Assembly: GCA_035642795.1 (NCBI GenBank)
Contig: DASQRT010000324.1
Span: 1-27,605 of the forward strand
Source: Nitrospirales bacterium
Lineage (GTDB): Bacteria > Nitrospirota > Nitrospiria > Nitrospirales > NS-4
Direction: 5' to 3'
Length of the DNA stretch: 27,605 nt
Shown here: positions 23,173-27,605 of the stretch, in pieces
How positions within the stretch are numbered: position 1 is the first letter of the stretch
Layout: each line of letters begins with the position of its first letter
Translations under genes and position numbers: made by a program
Notes under the pieces: generated by a model
What the model was told of the DNA's origin: nothing
The model's database searches: none
Seen by the model: the letters and a program-made list of their open reading frames with translations, nothing else

Positions 23173-24252
23173 TTATTTGCTCAGCACTGTCTGTAGTGCG
23201 GTGATAAACCGTTCATTCTCATGGGGCAAGCCGATCGTGACCCGGAGGAACGGACCACCCAGGTGCCGCACGATGACGCCCCGGCGGAGCAGGGCCTCGA
23301 ACACGACCTTGCCGTCTTGCTTCACATCGCAGTACAGGAAATTGGCCTGGCTGGGCCCGACCGTGAGCCCCAAGGCTCTGAGCCGCTCCGTCAGGTAGGC
23401 CATCCCCTCGGTGTTGAGCTGGCGGCTTTCGCGGACGTGCTCTTCATCCGCGAGGGCGGCCAGCGCGGCCTTCTGCGCGAGACTGTTCGTGTTGAATGGC
23501 GGTCGGATGCGGTTCAAGTGCTGCACGATCTCCGGTGTCGTCAGGCCGTAGCCTATCCGCAGTCCCGCGAGCCCGTAAATTTTAGAGAAGGTCCGCAGCA
23601 ACACGACGTTGCGGCCGGCCTTGAGCAGCGCCATCGTGTCGGGATAGTCGGCCGCCGTTACATACTCGTAGTAGGCCTCGTCGAAGACGACGAGGACATC
23701 CGGAGGGATCGCCTGCATGAACGCCGTGACCTCGGCGGTAGTGACGTACGTGCCGGTCGGATTGTTCGGGTTGCAGATGAACGCCAGCCGCGTCTTTGGG
23801 GTGACGGCTTTGGCCATGGCGGGCAGGTTGTGGCGGTGATCCTTCAACGGTACTAGAACCGGTTTGGCGTGCACGGCGGTCACGTCGATCTTGTAGACGA
23901 CGAAGCTAGGATCGGCCATTACCGCTTCGTCCCCCGGTTCCAGGAAGGCCTTGGTCAACAGCGTGATGACTTCGTCTGACCCATTGCCGAGGATGATCTG
24001 GTCAGGCGTCACCTTCCACCGCTCCGCCAGGGCGTCGCGCAGGTAGTAGCCCCCGCCGTCGGGATAGCGATTCACCGCCTTCGCAGCCTCGCTCAGGACG
24101 GCGAGCGCCTTAGGCGACGGCCCGCGCGGGTTCTCGTTGGAGGCCAGCTTGATCGAGCCGGTGATGCCAAGCTCGCGCTCCACTTCCTCGATAGGCTTGC
24201 CCGGCGAGTAGGGAACGATGCCGGCGATGTCGGGGCTGATGCGAATGGCCAT
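23173..24252 (-). CDS. hisC: Histidinol-phosphate / aromatic aminotransferase
   Basis: KLASNENP, RYPD, GNGSDE, CNPNNPTG, DEAY, RTFSKIYGLAGLRIGY. Confidence 0.95.
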   Translation of the reverse strand: MAIRISPDIAGIVPYSPGKPIEEVERELGITGSIKLASNENPRGPSPKALAVLSEAAKAVNRYPDGGGYYLRDALAERWKVTPDQIILGNGSDEVITLLTKAFLEPGDEAVMADPSFVVYKIDVTAVHAKPVLVPLKDHRHNLPAMAKAVTPKTRLAFICNPNNPTGTYVTTAEVTAFMQAIPPDVLVVFDEAYYEYVTAADYPDTMALLKAGRNVVLLRTFSKIYGLAGLRIGYGLTTPEIVQHLNRIRPPFNTNSLAQKAALAALADEEHVRESRQLNTEGMAYLTERLRALGLTVGPSQANFLYCDVKQDGKVVFEALLRRGVIVRHLGGPFLRVTIGLPHENERFITALQTVLSK

Positions 24253-24260
24253 GGCAGTCC

Positions 24261-25343
24261 TTAGCTGTGTGCGGGATAGGAACCGAGGATCTTGAGGAAC
24301 AGGCAGCGGGACTTGAGTTCAGCGATGGCCTTCTTCACTCGCTCTTCGTCCATGTGTCCCTCGATGTCGATGAAGAAGATGTACTCCCAGGCCTTGCGTC
24401 TCGACGGCCGTGACTCGATCTTCGTCAGGTTCACGCCGCTGGACGCGAAGGGCCGGAGTAGTTCGTAGAGGGCGCCGACCTTGTCCTTGACCGACAGCAT
24501 GATGGAGGTCTTGTCCTTGCCGGTCCGCTCCGCCGGCTTCTGGGAGAGTACCAGGAACCGCGTGTAGTTGTTGATGTTGTCCTCGATGCGGGCCTTCAGG
24601 ACCTTCAACCCATAAAGTTGCCCGGCCAGTTCGGACGCGATGGCCGCGGTCGTGGGATCTTCGGCCGCGATCTCGGCGGCGCGGGCCGTGCTGTGCACTT
24701 CCGACACGGGCACGCCCGGCAGGTTCGTCTCTAGCCAGTTGCGGCACTGGGCGATCGCGTGCGGGTGCGAGTAGATCTTCTTGATGGCGCCCAACGAGTC
24801 GGCCTTCGACAGCAGGTGGTGGGAGACTTCCTGCTGCACCTCGCCGTAGATCAGGAGATTGGAGTCAATGAACATGTCGAGCGTGTGGTTGACCACGCCT
24901 TCGGTGGAGTTCTCGATCGGGACTACGCCGAAGTCCGACCGCCCCCGCTCGACCTCGTTGAAGACTTCCTTGATGGAGGTCAGCGGGACATACTGGGCCG
25001 AGGAGCCGAACTTCTGGATGCAGGCGAGGTGCGTGAACGTGGCGGAGGGGCCCAGGTAGGCCACTTTCAAGGGCCCTTCCAGGGCCAGGGAGCCGGACAT
25101 GACCTCGCGGTACACGGCGCGCAAGGCGTCGGTGGGAAAGGGGCCGGGGTTGTTCTTGCAGATCCGATCCAGGATCTCCGCTTCGCGGGCCGGGGTGTGA
25201 AGGTTAGCCTGGGAATCTTGTGCCTTCTTCAGCTTCCCGATCTCGATGACATGGCGGGCGCGTTCGTTGAGCAGACGAATGATCTCGTCATCGATCTTGT
25301 CGATTTCTTTACGAAAGGCTTGGAGTGACTTAGGGTCTTTCAT
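24261..25343 (-). CDS. pheA: Bifunctional chorismate mutase / prephenate dehydratase
   Basis: N-terminal AroQ domain, VAYLGPSATF, VPIENSTEG, SHPHAIAQC, NYTRF, ACT domain NLTKIESRP. Confidence 0.97.
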   Translation of the reverse strand: MKDPKSLQAFRKEIDKIDDEIIRLLNERARHVIEIGKLKKAQDSQANLHTPAREAEILDRICKNNPGPFPTDALRAVYREVMSGSLALEGPLKVAYLGPSATFTHLACIQKFGSSAQYVPLTSIKEVFNEVERGRSDFGVVPIENSTEGVVNHTLDMFIDSNLLIYGEVQQEVSHHLLSKADSLGAIKKIYSHPHAIAQCRNWLETNLPGVPVSEVHSTARAAEIAAEDPTTAAIASELAGQLYGLKVLKARIEDNINNYTRFLVLSQKPAERTGKDKTSIMLSVKDKVGALYELLRPFASSGVNLTKIESRPSRRKAWEYIFFIDIEGHMDEERVKKAIAELKSRCLFLKILGSYPAHS

Positions 25344-25371
25344 GGGAATCTTCGCCTAAAAGGGAAACGTC

Positions 25372-25400
25372 ACTATAGCCAACATCAGCCTGATTTGCAA
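25372..25400 (-). promoter_or_regulatory. sigma70 promoter of the pheA...ihfB operon
   Basis: Minus strand TTGCAA-N17-TATAGT, about 29 nt upstream of the pheA ATG. Confidence 0.72.
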
Positions 25401-25460
25401 GGAATTTCAACGGAATGTCGTGAGTAGGCGAGCCTGCGAAGGCGATCGGCGATCCGCGGT

Positions 25461-26465
25461 TCAGGGCAAGAGATCTTTTTGTTTTCCAAAGTGTTGGAAC
25501 GTAAGGCGCGAGGCGACGCGGCCGCGGGAAGTCCGCTCTAGGTAACCGGCCTGGATCAGGTACGGTTCGTACACATCCTCCACGGTCTCGCGTTCTTCGC
25601 CGAGGGCGGCGGCCAGGGAGTCCACGCCCACTGGTCCCCCGCCGAATTTCTCGATGATGGTGAGCAGCAACTTGCGATCCATCTCGTCGAAGCCCGCCGA
25701 GTCCACGCCGATCCAGGCCAGGGCCGCGTCGGCGACTTCCCGGGTCACGCGCCCGTCGGATTTGATCTGCGCGTAGTCGCGCACACGGCGGAGCAGGCGG
25801 TTGGCGATGCGAGGCGTACCGCGGGCACGGCGCGCGATCTCGGCCGCGCCGTCTTTCTCGATCGTCATCTTCAGGATGCCGGCTGACCGCAGGACGATGG
25901 CCTCCAACTCCTCCGGGGTGTAGAAGTCCAGTCGCTGGACCAGGCCGAACCGTTCCCGCAGCGGTGAGGTCAGCGACCCGACGCGTGTGGTCGCGCCGAT
26001 CAGCGTGAACCGCGGCAGGTCGAGCTTGATCGTGCGGGTGGACGGGCCCTGACCGATGATGAGGTCGAGTTGGAAGTCTTCCATCGCCGGATACAACGCT
26101 TCCTCCACGGGAGCCGGCAGGCGATGTATCTCGTCGATGAACAGGATATCGCCCTCCTGCAGCGTGGTGAGGATGGCGGCGAGGTCACCGGCGTGGCTCA
26201 GCACGATACCGGAGGTGGAACGAATGGCAACGCCCATCTCCCGGGCGATGATGTGAGCGATCGTGGTCTTGCCGACGCCCGGCGGGCCGTAGAAGATGCA
26301 GTGGTCCAGCGCTTCCTTGCGCTGCTTGGCTGCGTCCATGCAGATGCGCAGCGACTCCTTCATGCGCGCCTGTCCGATGTACTCCGCCAGCGTCTGCGGT
26401 CGCAGCGCGGTTTCGACGGCCTTCTCATCGTCGCTCGGCTGCGTAGTCACAATGCGCTCATTCAT
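25461..26465 (-). CDS. ruvB: Holliday junction branch migration ATPase RuvB
   Basis: [53 protein letters not shown]. Confidence 0.98.
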   Translation of the reverse strand: MNERIVTTQPSDDEKAVETALRPQTLAEYIGQARMKESLRICMDAAKQRKEALDHCIFYGPPGVGKTTIAHIIAREMGVAIRSTSGIVLSHAGDLAAILTTLQEGDILFIDEIHRLPAPVEEALYPAMEDFQLDLIIGQGPSTRTIKLDLPRFTLIGATTRVGSLTSPLRERFGLVQRLDFYTPEELEAIVLRSAGILKMTIEKDGAAEIARRARGTPRIANRLLRRVRDYAQIKSDGRVTREVADAALAWIGVDSAGFDEMDRKLLLTIIEKFGGGPVGVDSLAAALGEERETVEDVYEPYLIQAGYLERTSRGRVASRLTFQHFGKQKDLLP

Positions 26466-26477
26466 GGAAGGGATGTC

Positions 26478-27083
26478 TCATTTCGCCAGCTCCTTCAGCG
26501 CCTCGCGGATGATATTGGGAAGGTGCGTCTCGCCGTTGCGGCTTGCCAGCACCTGTTTCACGACTTCTTTCGCTTCGGCCGCTTTGTAGCCGAGGTTGGT
26601 AAGGGCCGAAAGCGCATCGTCCATGAGCCGACTGGAGGGTTCGGCGGCCTTGGAGGCGCGGTGCTCCACGAGGCCTGCCAGCTTTTCGATCTTGTCCTTG
26701 AGTTCCAGCGCCAAGCGTCCGGCCGACTTCTTGCCGATGCCCGGCACTGACGCCAGCGTCCGGTGATCGTCGTTGCGGACGGCCGACGCGAGGTCATCCA
26801 CGCTCAAGGTGGAGATCACGCTCAGCGCCAGCTTGGGCCCGATGCCGGACACGCCCAGCAGGAGCAGGAACGCCTCCTTCTCGCGCTGCGTGAGGAAGCC
26901 GAATAGTTGAATGGCGTCGTCGCGGACATGCGTATGGATGACGAGGGTAATGGATAGGTTGAGATCGGGGAGCTGATAGTACGTGCTCAGTGGAATGAGG
27001 ACGTCGTACCCCACTCCCTGCACATCGATGATGACTCCTCCCGGATGCTTCAATGCGAGGCGGCCGGTGAGCGAGGCAATCAT
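26478..27083 (-). CDS. ruvA: Holliday junction branch migration protein RuvA
   Basis: MIASLTG, GVGY, HTHVRDDAIQLFGF, VSGIGPK, VPGIGKKSA. Confidence 0.97.
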   Translation of the reverse strand: MIASLTGRLALKHPGGVIIDVQGVGYDVLIPLSTYYQLPDLNLSITLVIHTHVRDDAIQLFGFLTQREKEAFLLLLGVSGIGPKLALSVISTLSVDDLASAVRNDDHRTLASVPGIGKKSAGRLALELKDKIEKLAGLVEHRASKAAEPSSRLMDDALSALTNLGYKAAEAKEVVKQVLASRNGETHLPNIIREALKELAK

Positions 27084-27604
27084 CCTGCCGCTGCGACCTT
27101 CTCCATGATCTCTTCTGGAATGTCGAAGTTGGCGTGGACCTTCTGGACGTCGTCGTGGTCCTCCAGGGCGTCCATCAGCTTCAGCACATGCTCCGCATTC
27201 TTTGCGTCCAGCTTGATGTAGTTTTCTGGGATGAAGGTGATCTCGGCCAGAGAAGTCTCGACCTTGGCGTCGGCGAGGGCTTTCTTCACCTTTTCGAAGT
27301 CGTGGGGGTCGGTGATGACCTCGTAGGTTTTCTCATCCACCTTCATGTCCTCGGCGCCGGCGTCGAGGGCCAGGCTCATGATCTTGTCCTCTTCCACCTT
27401 GCCCTTCTCCACGACCAGCAGGCCCTTTTTGTGGAACTGCCAGGAGACGGATCCGGCCTCGGCGAGGTTGCAGTTCTGCTTGGTGAAGATGTTGCGGATC
27501 TCGGCCACGGTCCGGTTCCGGTTGTCGCTGGTGAGATCAATCAGCAGGGCGCAGCCGCCCGGCCCGTAGCCTTCCAACTGGAACTCTTCGAAGTGGACGC
27601 CCGG
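27080..27604 (-). CDS. yebC: YebC/PmpR family protein, 5'-truncated by the window edge
   Basis: EGYGPGG, TSDNRNRT, GSVSWQF, LEDHDDVQKVHANF; frame stays open to the window edge. Confidence 0.95.
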   Translation of the reverse strand, partial: PGVHFEEFQLEGYGPGGCALLIDLTSDNRNRTVAEIRNIFTKQNCNLAEAGSVSWQFHKKGLLVVEKGKVEEDKIMSLALDAGAEDMKVDEKTYEVITDPHDFEKVKKALADAKVETSLAEITFIPENYIKLDAKNAEHVLKLMDALEDHDDVQKVHANFDIPEEIMEKVAAAG

Positions 27605-27605
27605 G

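Noticed and set aside
1-27605. CRISPR arrays, IS elements, prophage or defence genes, tRNA/rRNA
   Set aside because: No regularly spaced repeats, terminal inverted repeats, transposase/integrase motifs or RNA gene signatures were seen by eye.

Overview
GC-rich, densely coding bacterial chromosome segment with no recognisable rRNA, tRNA, CRISPR array or mobile element. Protein style and gene order suggest a Nitrospirota-like organism (inference, no database search). Left part: 5'-truncated uvrA; a stand-alone LuxR-HTH gene divergent from an ECF sigma / zinc anti-sigma / periplasmic helical protein trio; YHS protein; small lipoprotein; transaldolase followed by an MlaE/MlaF/MlaD-like Mce transporter and a TPR lipoprotein; a cluster of small unannotated genes around a PilZ protein; family-5 UDG; lytic transglycosylase; glycerate kinase. 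Right part (minus strand): yebC-ruvA-ruvB, then pheA-hisC-aroF-tyrA-aroA-cmk-plsC-rpsA-sppA-ihfB, ending in a protein of four tandem PCP_red-like repeats. Main leads: (1) the Mce ATPase has lost most catalytic ABC motifs; (2) the 4x PCP_red protein sits in a window with no chlorophyll genes; (3) UvrA has its insertion domain replaced by a 26-aa acidic loop; (4) a lipoprotein appears to need an ATA start overlapping the upstream TAA; (5) a small-protein/PilZ cluster lies behind a phased repeat array and a sigma54-like site; (6) three genes look leaderless.
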